Assembly: GCA_963781585.1 (NCBI GenBank)
Contig: CAWAGQ010000006.1
Coordinates: 256,001 to 320,000 of the forward strand
DNA length: 64,000 nt
Reading direction: 5' to 3'
From: an uncultured Gemmatimonadaceae bacterium
GTDB taxonomy: Bacteria > Gemmatimonadota > Gemmatimonadetes > Gemmatimonadales > Gemmatimonadaceae
Shown here one piece after another: positions 8,427 to 17,855 of this stretch. Each line of letters begins with the position of its first letter. Within the stretch, counting starts at the first letter, position 1. Below the pieces are notes generated by a model that did no database searches, was not told the origin of the DNA, and worked only from the letters and a program-made list of their open reading frames with translations. A program made the translations under genes and the position numbers.

Positions 8427-10301
8427 ATGACCTCTCGCGAAGACGCACTGACCGACCCGTCGCCGCTCCTCGCCTACGGCGAGAAGCCGCGCATCTCTGC
8501 GTGGTCCAACCCCTACCTCGTGTCCCGGTCGGCGGCGGGGATCGCGGTCATGGTTGGCATCCTGGTGCTCATCGGGTGGGTGGCGGGCGTGCCCGAGCTG
8601 CGGGCACTTGGGCCGGACCCGCGCGACGTCGTGAACCCCATGACGGCGGTGTGCTTCGTCGCCCTGGGCTCGTCGATGTGGCTGCTGTCGATCGAGGAGT
8701 ACCCGCGCGGCCGTGAGATCGCGCGTGCGCTGGCGCTGTTCGTGATGGTGGTGGGTGTGGCGCGCATGTACGGCCTGCTGTTCGGCGACTCGCCAGGCGT
8801 GGATCAGCTCCTGTTCGGCGACACGATGACCGCGTTGCACAATGGCGACCTGAGTCGCATGCCGCCTAACGCGGCGTTTGATCTCGCGCTCCTGGGCACC
8901 GGCCTCCTGTTTCAGGTCAGGTCATCGCGCGCGGGCAGCGTGCTGGCGCAATTGTTCGCGGTGATCGTGCTGTTCACGGCGCAGGCCGCGCTGATCGCGC
9001 ACGCCTACCGGAGCGGGTGGTTCGAAGGCATCGGCAGCTTCAACCGGATGGCGCTGCCCACCGCGATCGCATTCGGCGTGATGTCGGTCGGGGTGATGAC
9101 GTTGAGCAGCGAGGATGGGCTCATCGCCATCATTCTCAGCGACGGGCCGGGCGGATCGACGGCCCGGACGCTGCTGCCGGCGGGCTTCCTGGTGCCCGCG
9201 ATTCTCGGCTGGATGGTGATCTTCGGCCGGCGGGGCCAGGTGATCGACGCCGACCTGGCGGACACCCTCTTCGTGCTGGCGACGATTCTCGTGTTCGTCG
9301 GCATGGTGGCGTGGATCGCGACCCAATTGCACGAGAGTCACCTGGATCGGACGAAGACCGAGGAAGCACTGCGCGAGAGCGAAGTGCGCTTCCGCCTGAT
9401 CGCCGAGAACGGCAGCGACGTGGTGAGTCTGCACGACACGTCGGGCCGGGCGATCTACCTCAGTCCCTCCTGCGAGCGGGTGCTGGGATTCCTGCCGGAA
9501 GAACTGATGCGCATGGCGCCGTTCGCGATCGTGCATCCCGATGACACTGACAAGCTGCAGCGCCATTTCTCGCAGCTCACCCGTGCCGAGCCGGTGACGT
9601 CCATCCAGTGCCGGATGCTGCACAAGACGGGGAAGCACATCTGGCTGGACATGATGTGGCGCGCCGTGTTCAACCGGGAAGGGAAGGTGGTGCGTCTCCA
9701 GGCGTCATCGCGCGACATCACCGAGCGCAAGGAATACGAGAAGCGGCTCGAGGAGACACAGCGGAAGCTGAAGGCGCGGACGGACCAGCTGGAGGAGGCG
9801 AAGATCCAGCTCGAGGCGCTGGCGGCGCTGGACGGCCTGACCGGTCTCAAGAACCGCCGCGCCTTCCAGGACCGGCTGCAGGAGGAGATCTCGCGGTCGC
9901 GGCGTCACGGGCATCCGCTGTCGCTCATCCTGCTCGACATCGACCATTTCAAGTCGTACAACGACACCTTCGGCCATCCCAAGGGCGACGAGGTGCTGCG
10001 CGCGGTCGGCAAACTGCTGTCGCGCACGATGCGCGACACGGATTTCGCGGCGCGATACGGCGGTGAGGAGTTTGCGATCATCCTGCCGAACACCGACCGC
10101 GAGGGTGCGCAGCAGGTGGCCGAGCGGTTGCGGTCGGCGATCGCGGCGGCGGAGTGGGACGACCGCGCGATCACCGCGAGCGTGGGAACGGCATCGTTCT
10201 CGAGCGATGTGAACAACGTGGATGCGCTGTTGGAGCACGCGGACCGGGCCCTCTACCGGTCGAAGGAAGCGGGGCGGAATCGGGTAACGGTGGCGGCATA
10301 G
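8427..10301 (+). CDS. Multi-TM membrane sensor PAS-GGDEF diguanylate cyclase
   Basis: About 8 hydrophobic segments, PAS (IVHPDD...SRDITERK), DGLTGLKNRR, RxxD I-site (RDTD) before RYGGEEF. Confidence 0.95.
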   Translation: MTSREDALTDPSPLLAYGEKPRISAWSNPYLVSRSAAGIAVMVGILVLIGWVAGVPELRALGPDPRDVVNPMTAVCFVALGSSMWLLSIEEYPRGREIARALALFVMVVGVARMYGLLFGDSPGVDQLLFGDTMTALHNGDLSRMPPNAAFDLALLGTGLLFQVRSSRAGSVLAQLFAVIVLFTAQAALIAHAYRSGWFEGIGSFNRMALPTAIAFGVMSVGVMTLSSEDGLIAIILSDGPGGSTARTLLPAGFLVPAILGWMVIFGRRGQVIDADLADTLFVLATILVFVGMVAWIATQLHESHLDRTKTEEALRESEVRFRLIAENGSDVVSLHDTSGRAIYLSPSCERVLGFLPEELMRMAPFAIVHPDDTDKLQRHFSQLTRAEPVTSIQCRMLHKTGKHIWLDMMWRAVFNREGKVVRLQASSRDITERKEYEKRLEETQRKLKARTDQLEEAKIQLEALAALDGLTGLKNRRAFQDRLQEEISRSRRHGHPLSLILLDIDHFKSYNDTFGHPKGDEVLRAVGKLLSRTMRDTDFAARYGGEEFAIILPNTDREGAQQVAERLRSAIAAAEWDDRAITASVGTASFSSDVNNVDALLEHADRALYRSKEAGRNRVTVAA

Positions 10302-10403
10302 GGGCGGGTAGGAGTCCAGAGTCCAGAGGTCGAAGGCGCTGACGCGTGTGCCTGCGCATCATTCGCACCTCCGACCTCCGGCGCTATCGGCTGTGGGCTT
10401 CTG

Positions 10404-13196
10404 TCACGGCACCGGCACCGCCGCCTTCGGCGGATGGTTCGCGAAATCGCCGGCCCGCACCACCGTGATCCTGTTCGGATCGAGGTACTTCTTCAGCGCC
10501 GCGTTCACATCGGCAACGCTGAGATCGGCCACCCACTTCTCGAGCTGCGTGTTGTAGGCCATGGTGCGCCTGGTCATCACCTGATTCGAGAAAAGACTCA
10601 CCAGATACCCATCCTGCGAGCGGTTCTGGAGCTGTTGCTGCAGCCACCCCTGCTTGGCCTTCTCCAGCTCTTCCGCCGTGAATCCGCTCTTCAACACCTT
10701 GTCCAGTTCCTCGCCGAACGCGGACTGCAGCCGCACCACGTTCTCGGGATTGTAGATCGCGTAGGTCTGGAAGGTCGCCACGCTGTCGAGCGACTGGGCG
10801 GAGAAGCTCGAGCCGACGCCGTAGCTGAGGCCGTCCTTCTGACGGATGCGGGTGGCCAGGCGCGAATTGAGGAACCCGCCGCCCAGCATGTAATTCCCGA
10901 GCGTCATCGCCGCGTAGTCCTTGCTGTCGTCGCGCAGCCTGATGTTCTCCCCCGCGTAGAAGAACGCATTCGCCTTGTCGGGCGTCTCGATCTTCTCGTT
11001 GGACTGGGGCACGTCGAAGTATGTGCGGGCCAGATGCGCGAACGGCGTGGGACTCTTCCACGATCCGAACAGCTCGCGCACCGCGGCGGCAACCGAATCC
11101 TTCGCAAAGTCGCCGGCGACCGCCACGTCGGCGTACGAGGCGCCGACCAGATCGGCATACACCTTCTTCACGTCATCGACGGTGAGCTTCTGGTACTCGG
11201 CGATCTGCGCGTCGATGGGGAGCGTGGCGAGCGGATGCGAATCCGGATAGGGCGACAGCTTCCGGGAAATCGCGATGCTGGCGAGCAGCCCCGGCTCGGA
11301 CTTCTGCTGCTCCAGGGATGCGAGCCGCGCCGTCTTCAGCTTGTCGAACTCCCCGGGATCGAACGCGGGCTCCTTGAGGATGCTGGCGACCAGCCGGAGC
11401 GCGGGAATCAGGTTGCCGTGGGTGGTCTCGATGCTGGCGATGGTCGAGTTGCCCGATCCCGAGATGAGGACATCGGCCTTGAGCTTGTCGAAGGCGTCCG
11501 AGATCTGCTGCCGCGTCATGGTGCGGCTCCCCTTGTCGAACATGCTGCTGATCGTCCGGGACGCGAGCGCGCGTCCGGTGAGCGACTGCTCCGTGCCGTA
11601 GCGGAGCGTGACCCGGGCCTCGACCACGTTCCCGCGCGTCTCCTTGGGAAGCAGCGTGACCTTCATCCCGTTAGGCAGCGTGGATCGGGTGGTGCGGACG
11701 TCGATGTTCGATGGCGACGGATCGAATACCTCGCCGGTGGCCAGCACTTCCGTGCTCCGGTAGCTGGCCGCCAGGGAGTCGATCGCCGCGTCGGCGATCA
11801 CCGGAATCGTCGCCCGGTCGGGCTTGTCGGTGGGAATGAACAGCCCGAGGGTCCGGTTCGACGGCTTGAGGTAGGCGGCCGCGACGCGCTGCACGTCCGC
11901 CGGCGTCACCTGCTTCAGCCGGTCGCGATAGATGAAAATGAGCCGCCAATCACCCGACGCCGCCCATTCGGTGAGATCGAGGCCGACGTATTCGGAGTTG
12001 GTCAGTTCGAGGTCGAGATACTTGAGCAGGGTGGCCTTGGAGCGCTCGACTTCCTCGCTGGTCGGGGGCGACGCCGCAACGCCCTCGATGGTGGAGAGCA
12101 GCGTCTGTCTGGCGTCATCGAGCGACTGCTCCTTCCGCACCGAGGCCTGTCCGATCAGCACGCCGGGCTGACGCAACAGGTAACTGTAGGAGGCGGAGGA
12201 GGCGGCCTTCTTCGTCTCCACCAGCGCCTTGTAGAGCCGACCGCCGGGCTGCGAGCCGAGCACCTCCGCCAGCACCGCCACGGGCGCATAGTCGGGATGG
12301 ACCCCGGCCGGCACATGGTACGCGGCCATCACCGCCTGCACATCCCCCACCCGACGGAGCGTCACCTCGCGCTCACCGTCCTGGGTGGGTTCTTCCGTAT
12401 ACGTCGGGAACAGCATGTTGCCCTTGTCCAGCGCGCGCACCGGCCTGGGAATCGACCCGAACTTGTCTGCCACGAGCTTCAGGACCTTGTCCTCATCGAT
12501 CTTGCCGGCCACCACCAGAATCGAGTTGTCGGGCTGGTAGTACTTGTGATAGAACGCCTGCAGCCGCTCGATCGGGACGTTCTCGATGTCGCTGCGGGCA
12601 CCGATGGTGCTCTTCCCGTAGTTGTGCCACAGGAACGCCGTGCTCATCGTCCGTTCGGTCAGCACGTTCAGCGGGGAGTTCTCGCCCGCCTCATACTCGT
12701 TGCGCACCACCGAGAATTCGCTCTCGAGATCCTTCCTGGCGATGTAGCTGTGCACCATCCGGTCCGCCTCGAGATCGAGCGCCCAGGCGATGTTCTCGTC
12801 GGTGGCCGGGACGGTCTCGAAATAGTTGGTGCGATCGTACCAGGTGGTGCCGTTGGGCCGCGCTCCGTGCTCGGTGAGTTCCTGCGGGATGTTCGGGTGA
12901 TTCGGCGTCCCCTTGAACACCATGTGCTCGAGCAGATGTGCCATTCCCGTCTCGCCGTATCCCTCGAACCGCGACCCGACGAGATAGGTGATGTTGATCG
13001 TCGCGGTCGGCTTGCTGGCGTCGGGGAAGATCAGTACCCGCAAACCGTTGTCGAGCGCGTACTCGGTGATCCCCTCCACCGACGCGCGCTTCTGTACGCC
13101 TGCCGGCAACTGCGCGGCGAGCGGCGCCGCCAGCGCCGTCAGGAGCAATGACGCGGCAAGACCCCTCAGACGACGCGGCGTGACGGAACTCAACAT
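10404..13196 (-). CDS. M16 family zinc metallopeptidase (pitrilysin/PqqL-like), secreted
   Basis: Inverted zinc motif HLLEH, NGTTWYDRTNY, duplicated M16 halves, 'NSRLATRIRQKDGLSYGV'; ATG at 13196 preceded by GGGAGG; Sec signal peptide. Confidence 0.95.
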   Translation of the reverse strand: MLSSVTPRRLRGLAASLLLTALAAPLAAQLPAGVQKRASVEGITEYALDNGLRVLIFPDASKPTATINITYLVGSRFEGYGETGMAHLLEHMVFKGTPNHPNIPQELTEHGARPNGTTWYDRTNYFETVPATDENIAWALDLEADRMVHSYIARKDLESEFSVVRNEYEAGENSPLNVLTERTMSTAFLWHNYGKSTIGARSDIENVPIERLQAFYHKYYQPDNSILVVAGKIDEDKVLKLVADKFGSIPRPVRALDKGNMLFPTYTEEPTQDGEREVTLRRVGDVQAVMAAYHVPAGVHPDYAPVAVLAEVLGSQPGGRLYKALVETKKAASSASYSYLLRQPGVLIGQASVRKEQSLDDARQTLLSTIEGVAASPPTSEEVERSKATLLKYLDLELTNSEYVGLDLTEWAASGDWRLIFIYRDRLKQVTPADVQRVAAAYLKPSNRTLGLFIPTDKPDRATIPVIADAAIDSLAASYRSTEVLATGEVFDPSPSNIDVRTTRSTLPNGMKVTLLPKETRGNVVEARVTLRYGTEQSLTGRALASRTISSMFDKGSRTMTRQQISDAFDKLKADVLISGSGNSTIASIETTHGNLIPALRLVASILKEPAFDPGEFDKLKTARLASLEQQKSEPGLLASIAISRKLSPYPDSHPLATLPIDAQIAEYQKLTVDDVKKVYADLVGASYADVAVAGDFAKDSVAAAVRELFGSWKSPTPFAHLARTYFDVPQSNEKIETPDKANAFFYAGENIRLRDDSKDYAAMTLGNYMLGGGFLNSRLATRIRQKDGLSYGVGSSFSAQSLDSVATFQTYAIYNPENVVRLQSAFGEELDKVLKSGFTAEELEKAKQGWLQQQLQNRSQDGYLVSLFSNQVMTRRTMAYNTQLEKWVADLSVADVNAALKKYLDPNRITVVRAGDFANHPPKAAVPVP

Positions 13197-13381
13197 GATG
13201 CCTCCCGGTTCGGTGCCTGGACAACGCTCCCGCCAAGGGACCCGGAGCGCAACCCTCACTTTGACACCGGCCCGGCGGCCCCGGTTACCTGCTCTCGCGT
13301 ATTTTCAAGGACTGGCAGCGCGCGCGGGATGTCCCGGTCACTACGCTCCCTCGAAATGACACGGAGCGTGCGAGACGCCCG

Positions 13382-14704
13382 CTACCCCGGCTCGTCGAGC
13401 AGGCCTTCGATCAGCCGCGCCAGGGGCTCCTCGAGGAGCGGATCCCAGTCGAACGCGACGTAGCGGACCAGGCCGCTCTTGTCCACGATCACGAAGGTCG
13501 CGAAGGGATAATGGCCCTCCTGTGCCGTCGGATCGTCCGCCCGGCGCCCATCGGGCAGCCACGAGAACTTCGTCTCAGCCACCGCCAGCATTCCGGGGAC
13601 GTGCAGCTCGCCGCGGAAATACACGCTGTCGTATCGCGCTTCCTGCCCGGGCGATACCGGGGCGGTATCGACGTAGAACCCGTAGGTCCGTGTCACGTTG
13701 ATCAGGTCGAGACCACGCGCCCCGAATCGGGATTGGTAGCGCGCCATCGCTTCGTAGCGTCCGCGACAGCTCATCCCGCAGTAGTGTGAAACGCCGCTGA
13801 TGATCGACACGTGACCGCGCGCGGGGCGGGGCGTGCTGTCGCCGCCGGTGTTGAACCAGAAACGCGCCTCGACCGGAGCAGCCGGCTTCCCCAGCACGCC
13901 GTACATCGTTCGTGTGGTCGCCACGTACCAGTTGCCGTCGGTGCCCGGCGGAATGAACGTGTTCGCCGAGTCGATTACCGCCCGGGCCGAGTCGATCCCC
14001 ACCGTGCGCAGCTCCACCTCCGCCAGCATGAGATACGTCTGGGCCACCGGCAGCGTCAGGCTCCGACGCCCCGAGTCCGGAACCTGTTTCCACAGCTCGA
14101 TCGCGCGCTCGGACTCCGCTCGTGCCGCCGAGTCGTCCCACGCACGCAGCGCCGCCTGCGCGAGGGATTGATGGGCCAGGATCTGTGCCCTGGTTGCGCC
14201 TGCGCGCGCCACGGAGTCCACCGGGCCGCCGGCCGACGCCAGCGAGTCGAGTGCCGTGACCGCGCGTCGCGCGCGCGCCAGCCGCGGCGGTCGGGCAGCG
14301 AGATTGTCACTGGCGATGAGATAGAGCGCCCAGGCGCGCTCGCGTGCCGGCGCATCCGCGAGGTGTTCGAGATAGCGACGCTGCAGCGATGCTGCGACGG
14401 AGTCTGCGCCCGCGGCGAGCTTGACGCGCGCCAGGTTCAGAAGCTGGCGCTCGTCGCTGGTCAGGCCACCGTACGCTCCATCGCACGCAAGAGTCGCGTC
14501 GATGGTCGCGCGACGCAGCGTGTCCGACGCGGGCGTGAATGCCGCCGAGTCCCGTTCCTGTCGCGCCGCGAACTGCTCGGCGAGACCCGGCACCATCGCG
14601 CATCGCGAGGGCGTGAAGAACTGGTAGGGCATGCCGACGCGCTGCCCGAACGCGACGGCAGGCGGGCAGAGGAGAAACGCGGCCCCGAACAGGCTACACC
14701 GCAT
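13382..14704 (-). CDS. Secreted hypothetical protein with helical N-terminal region and C-terminal thioredoxin/TlpA-like domain (CxxxC)
   Basis: Signal peptide; 'GKPAAPVEARFWFN...GHVSII...HYCGMSC...GLDLINV...FVIVDKSGLVRY'; overlaps the tldE stop by 11 nt. Confidence 0.65.
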   Translation of the reverse strand: MRCSLFGAAFLLCPPAVAFGQRVGMPYQFFTPSRCAMVPGLAEQFAARQERDSAAFTPASDTLRRATIDATLACDGAYGGLTSDERQLLNLARVKLAAGADSVAASLQRRYLEHLADAPARERAWALYLIASDNLAARPPRLARARRAVTALDSLASAGGPVDSVARAGATRAQILAHQSLAQAALRAWDDSAARAESERAIELWKQVPDSGRRSLTLPVAQTYLMLAEVELRTVGIDSARAVIDSANTFIPPGTDGNWYVATTRTMYGVLGKPAAPVEARFWFNTGGDSTPRPARGHVSIISGVSHYCGMSCRGRYEAMARYQSRFGARGLDLINVTRTYGFYVDTAPVSPGQEARYDSVYFRGELHVPGMLAVAETKFSWLPDGRRADDPTAQEGHYPFATFVIVDKSGLVRYVAFDWDPLLEEPLARLIEGLLDEPG

Positions 14705-16142
14705 CGGCCAGACTCGTCAGGCTGAAGTCGCGGATGAGAGCCGGAGGCGCCACGGCCGGCATCCGCTGCAGCACGCGGATCGGTGTGCCAAGCGCCTGCA
14801 GGTTGTTGAACGCGAACAGCGGGGACTCGCGGAACCGGAAATTCTTCACCGGCGTCACGATCTTCCCGCGCTCGATGAGCCAGACACCGTCGGCGGTGGT
14901 TCCACTGCACAGCAGGCTCGTGCCCTCTACCACCCGGATGTTCACCAGCCGCGTGATGAGCAGCCCCCGCACGGTGTCGGCGATCATCTCCTCCTTCGAC
15001 ACCGGTCCACCGCTCACGCGAAACGCGGAGCTGTTGTTGAGGGGATCTGATCGATTGAGCTCGCGGAGCGCGTAGTACCTGTCGTACGACAGCTCCTTGA
15101 GCACACCAGCGTCGATCCACTTGACGGCGCGATAGGGCGACCCATCCACCCAGAACGGAACGAAGGGAGCGCCGGGATCGGCAGGGTCGGCGCTGATGGT
15201 GATTCGCTCGTCCAGAACCTTCTGCCCGATCCGGGAGCGCGGCCGCGGCAGTGGAATCGCGCCTGGCGAGAGCGCGACGCCCGGGGCCGCAAGCGTCCCG
15301 GTGGGCTCCGCGGTGGCCGGCCGGTCGGCCCACGGCCCCATGCCCATTTCGGCGCCCTGGCGGTCGAGTGAACGCACGAGGGGAAGCATCAGATCGGCGA
15401 CCGCCTGCGGCTCGAGGATCACCGTGTACCGCCCCGGTTCGATGGCGACGGGATTGGCCGATCGCCGGCACTTGTCGAGCGCGATGGCGGACAGACCGGC
15501 GGCGTCGATCGCCTGCCAGTCCCGGTTGTCCACGCCGGCCCACCCCGACGCCGTTCCCTCGGCATTGCGCACCGTGACACTGTATTCGGCGCGCGTCTGC
15601 GGCGCGTACGCGAACATGCCCGCGGAATTGAGCATGCCGGTCGCGGCCGCCGAGACCTCGAGGTAGCCGGCGGAGAGCAGTCCGGCGGCCATCGCGGGCT
15701 CGACGAGCTGCCGTTGCTGCGCGGCGCGCGCCCCGGCGTCGAGCGCGTACGTGGTGTCGCTCCACAGATCGGTTCGCGGATACACCTCGCCGGTGCGGAG
15801 CGGCGTGGCGTCGAGATCGAACTGCGCGTAACGCAACTGCTGCTCGGCGCGACGCACGCACGCCTCGAGCGCATCGTCGTCCGCGCGGTTGGTCGTGGCC
15901 GCTCCACCGGCGCCCCGGATGCGGCGATCGATGATGATGCGATGGTCGGTGGTGTCGCCGGATGTGGTGATCTGGTTGCCGGCCCACCGGACGTTTCCGA
16001 TCCACGCGCTGCGGATCCACAGCGACACATCGCCGCCTCCCGCGCTCATCCGCACCACGCGATCGAGGATGTCGCGGCATGCTTCCCTGGACAGGAAGCG
16101 GTCGTCCGCCAGCAGCGAGTGCGGGCGCCCCCGTGACCGCAT
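14694..16142 (-). CDS. tldE: TldE/PmbA-family protein
   Basis: IEPGRYTVILEPQAVADL, IGQKVLDERITISADP, GVWLIERGKIVTPVKNFRFRESP; ATG at 16142 overlaps the tldD stop (TGATG). Confidence 0.85.
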   Translation of the reverse strand: MRSRGRPHSLLADDRFLSREACRDILDRVVRMSAGGGDVSLWIRSAWIGNVRWAGNQITTSGDTTDHRIIIDRRIRGAGGAATTNRADDDALEACVRRAEQQLRYAQFDLDATPLRTGEVYPRTDLWSDTTYALDAGARAAQQRQLVEPAMAAGLLSAGYLEVSAAATGMLNSAGMFAYAPQTRAEYSVTVRNAEGTASGWAGVDNRDWQAIDAAGLSAIALDKCRRSANPVAIEPGRYTVILEPQAVADLMLPLVRSLDRQGAEMGMGPWADRPATAEPTGTLAAPGVALSPGAIPLPRPRSRIGQKVLDERITISADPADPGAPFVPFWVDGSPYRAVKWIDAGVLKELSYDRYYALRELNRSDPLNNSSAFRVSGGPVSKEEMIADTVRGLLITRLVNIRVVEGTSLLCSGTTADGVWLIERGKIVTPVKNFRFRESPLFAFNNLQALGTPIRVLQRMPAVAPPALIRDFSLTSLADAV

Positions 16143-17785
16143 CAGGCCTTCCTCAGCGCATCGGTCACGGCCACCCGCCGAAAGAGCGCCGGCGCCGCCG
16201 TGACGCTGAACGCGAGTTGCTGCGCGGGCTGTCCCTTGCGCGCGATCCAGGCGCTGGTGAGCTGCGACCGCCGGCCACCGACTGCGGCGAGACTCTTCCA
16301 CAGCTCCGGCGCGCGGAAGAGGCACTGCGAGTTCCGCACGCACCCGATTCGTTTTCCGCCGCGCACTTCGTACACCATGTTGCCGTTGATCTCGCCGTTG
16401 AGCTGCTGGCGATCCACGGTCACGCCGCCGCCGAACCCCGGCGATCCCTCGACACCGCGCACTACGAGGCCATGTCCGAGCTCCGCGGCCAGATCGTCGA
16501 GCAGGACGTCCGCGCGCCCCGGAGCCAGTGTGAGGTTCGGCGTCTGGACGGTGGGAAAACGCAGGGCGTCCTCGCTCGCCGCGCACCCGTGCGACCGCGC
16601 CGCGCGTCCCGACCGCGCGTACCACGTCGCGAGCACCGGAGCGAGTTCGCGGGTCGTCTGGTAGTCCACCACCACGCCGTCCTTCACCAGCTGGTAGTCC
16701 TCGGGGGCAACGCCGTCGTCGTCCCACCGCACGGTGGCCAGGCCACCGGGACGGGAGCGGTCGGCCGTGACGTTGAGGAGCGCGGGACCTAACGAGAGAT
16801 ACCCCAGGATCCGGTCCGGCGGTGCCAGGTAGGTGGTGCCGCCGGCGTTCGCCTCAAAACCGAGCACCCGATCGAGTTCGGCGGCCACGCCGATCGTCTG
16901 CGCGAGAATCTGGGCGGTGACCACGGCATCGAGGACCACGTCGTACCGATCGGGCGACACCGTCCGCGCCCGCAGCATCTGCACGGCGTCGTCGAGCAGC
17001 CCGGGAACGTCGTCGGCGATCGGCGCCTCGGCCAGCACTTCCCACCCGCCGGCCGCCGGTTGCGGCCGGTCGCCCTTGCGTTCGACCGCCGCGCCACCGG
17101 CCCCCGCGCGAATGCTGTAGGCCGGATGCGACGTGTAGAGGGACTGCGAGACGAACGTGCCGTCGGTGGAGGCGAACGTCTTCTGCTGACGACGGTGCTC
17201 GACGCTGATCGACGCCTGCACCGGCACGTCCAGGTCGGCGCGCGTGGGAATCTCGTTGAACGCCAGCAGCGTTTCGACTTTCTCGGGGAGCGATACGGTG
17301 AAGGGATCGCGGCGGATCGGCGTCGCATACTCACCGGTCGCCGCCGGCACACGATCGCCGAGCTCCACCCGCCGCCGGCGACCGCGCGCGTTATGGCCGG
17401 CCTGGATCGCCGCGTCCCGGCCCAGCCGCGCCACTTCGTCCGTCGTCCAGACCGGACTCGCCGCGAACCCCCACGCGCCGTCGGCCAGCGCACGCACGCC
17501 CACCAGACCGCTCTCGGCATCGTCCGACACGAACCACAGGAATCCTTCGGCGCCGACACTCTCGACGCGGGTCAAGGTGAAGCGAACGTCCGCGTAACTG
17601 GCGCCCGCGGCAGTGGCCGCTTCGAGGGCAGCCGCGGCCAGTTCGCGGAGCTGCGGATCGCCAACCTGAGGAAACCGATCGAACCCACTCAGCAAGGCGG
17701 GCAGGTGCGGGCCACCGCGCGCGGTCGCCACCACCGCGGCCGCGCCTGCCATCTCCTTCAGGAATCCGCGTCGTGTCGAACTCAT
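16142..17785 (-). CDS. tldD: TldD/PmbA-family protein with Tat signal; metal-binding motif degenerate
   Basis: TRRGFLK leader; ASYADVRF, GVRALADGAWGFAAS, ELDRVLGFEAN, WDDDGV, KGQP; the HExxGH position reads AQTIGV. Confidence 0.88.
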   Translation of the reverse strand: MSSTRRGFLKEMAGAAAVVATARGGPHLPALLSGFDRFPQVGDPQLRELAAAALEAATAAGASYADVRFTLTRVESVGAEGFLWFVSDDAESGLVGVRALADGAWGFAASPVWTTDEVARLGRDAAIQAGHNARGRRRRVELGDRVPAATGEYATPIRRDPFTVSLPEKVETLLAFNEIPTRADLDVPVQASISVEHRRQQKTFASTDGTFVSQSLYTSHPAYSIRAGAGGAAVERKGDRPQPAAGGWEVLAEAPIADDVPGLLDDAVQMLRARTVSPDRYDVVLDAVVTAQILAQTIGVAAELDRVLGFEANAGGTTYLAPPDRILGYLSLGPALLNVTADRSRPGGLATVRWDDDGVAPEDYQLVKDGVVVDYQTTRELAPVLATWYARSGRAARSHGCAASEDALRFPTVQTPNLTLAPGRADVLLDDLAAELGHGLVVRGVEGSPGFGGGVTVDRQQLNGEINGNMVYEVRGGKRIGCVRNSQCLFRAPELWKSLAAVGGRRSQLTSAWIARKGQPAQQLAFSVTAAPALFRRVAVTDALRKA

Positions 17786-17855
17786 GAATCCATCACCTCA
17801 CGCCGCGCCACGGTTTGCGCTGCGCTCGAATGCAGGAGCTGATCCCATCGCGGAC

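Noticed and set aside
10434..13151. 905-aa plus-strand ORF (likewise 4219-6060, 25886-27541, 54337-56385, 57078-58529)
   Set aside because: Stop-free antisense frames are expected in high-GC coding DNA; no motifs, and each mirrors a well-supported gene.
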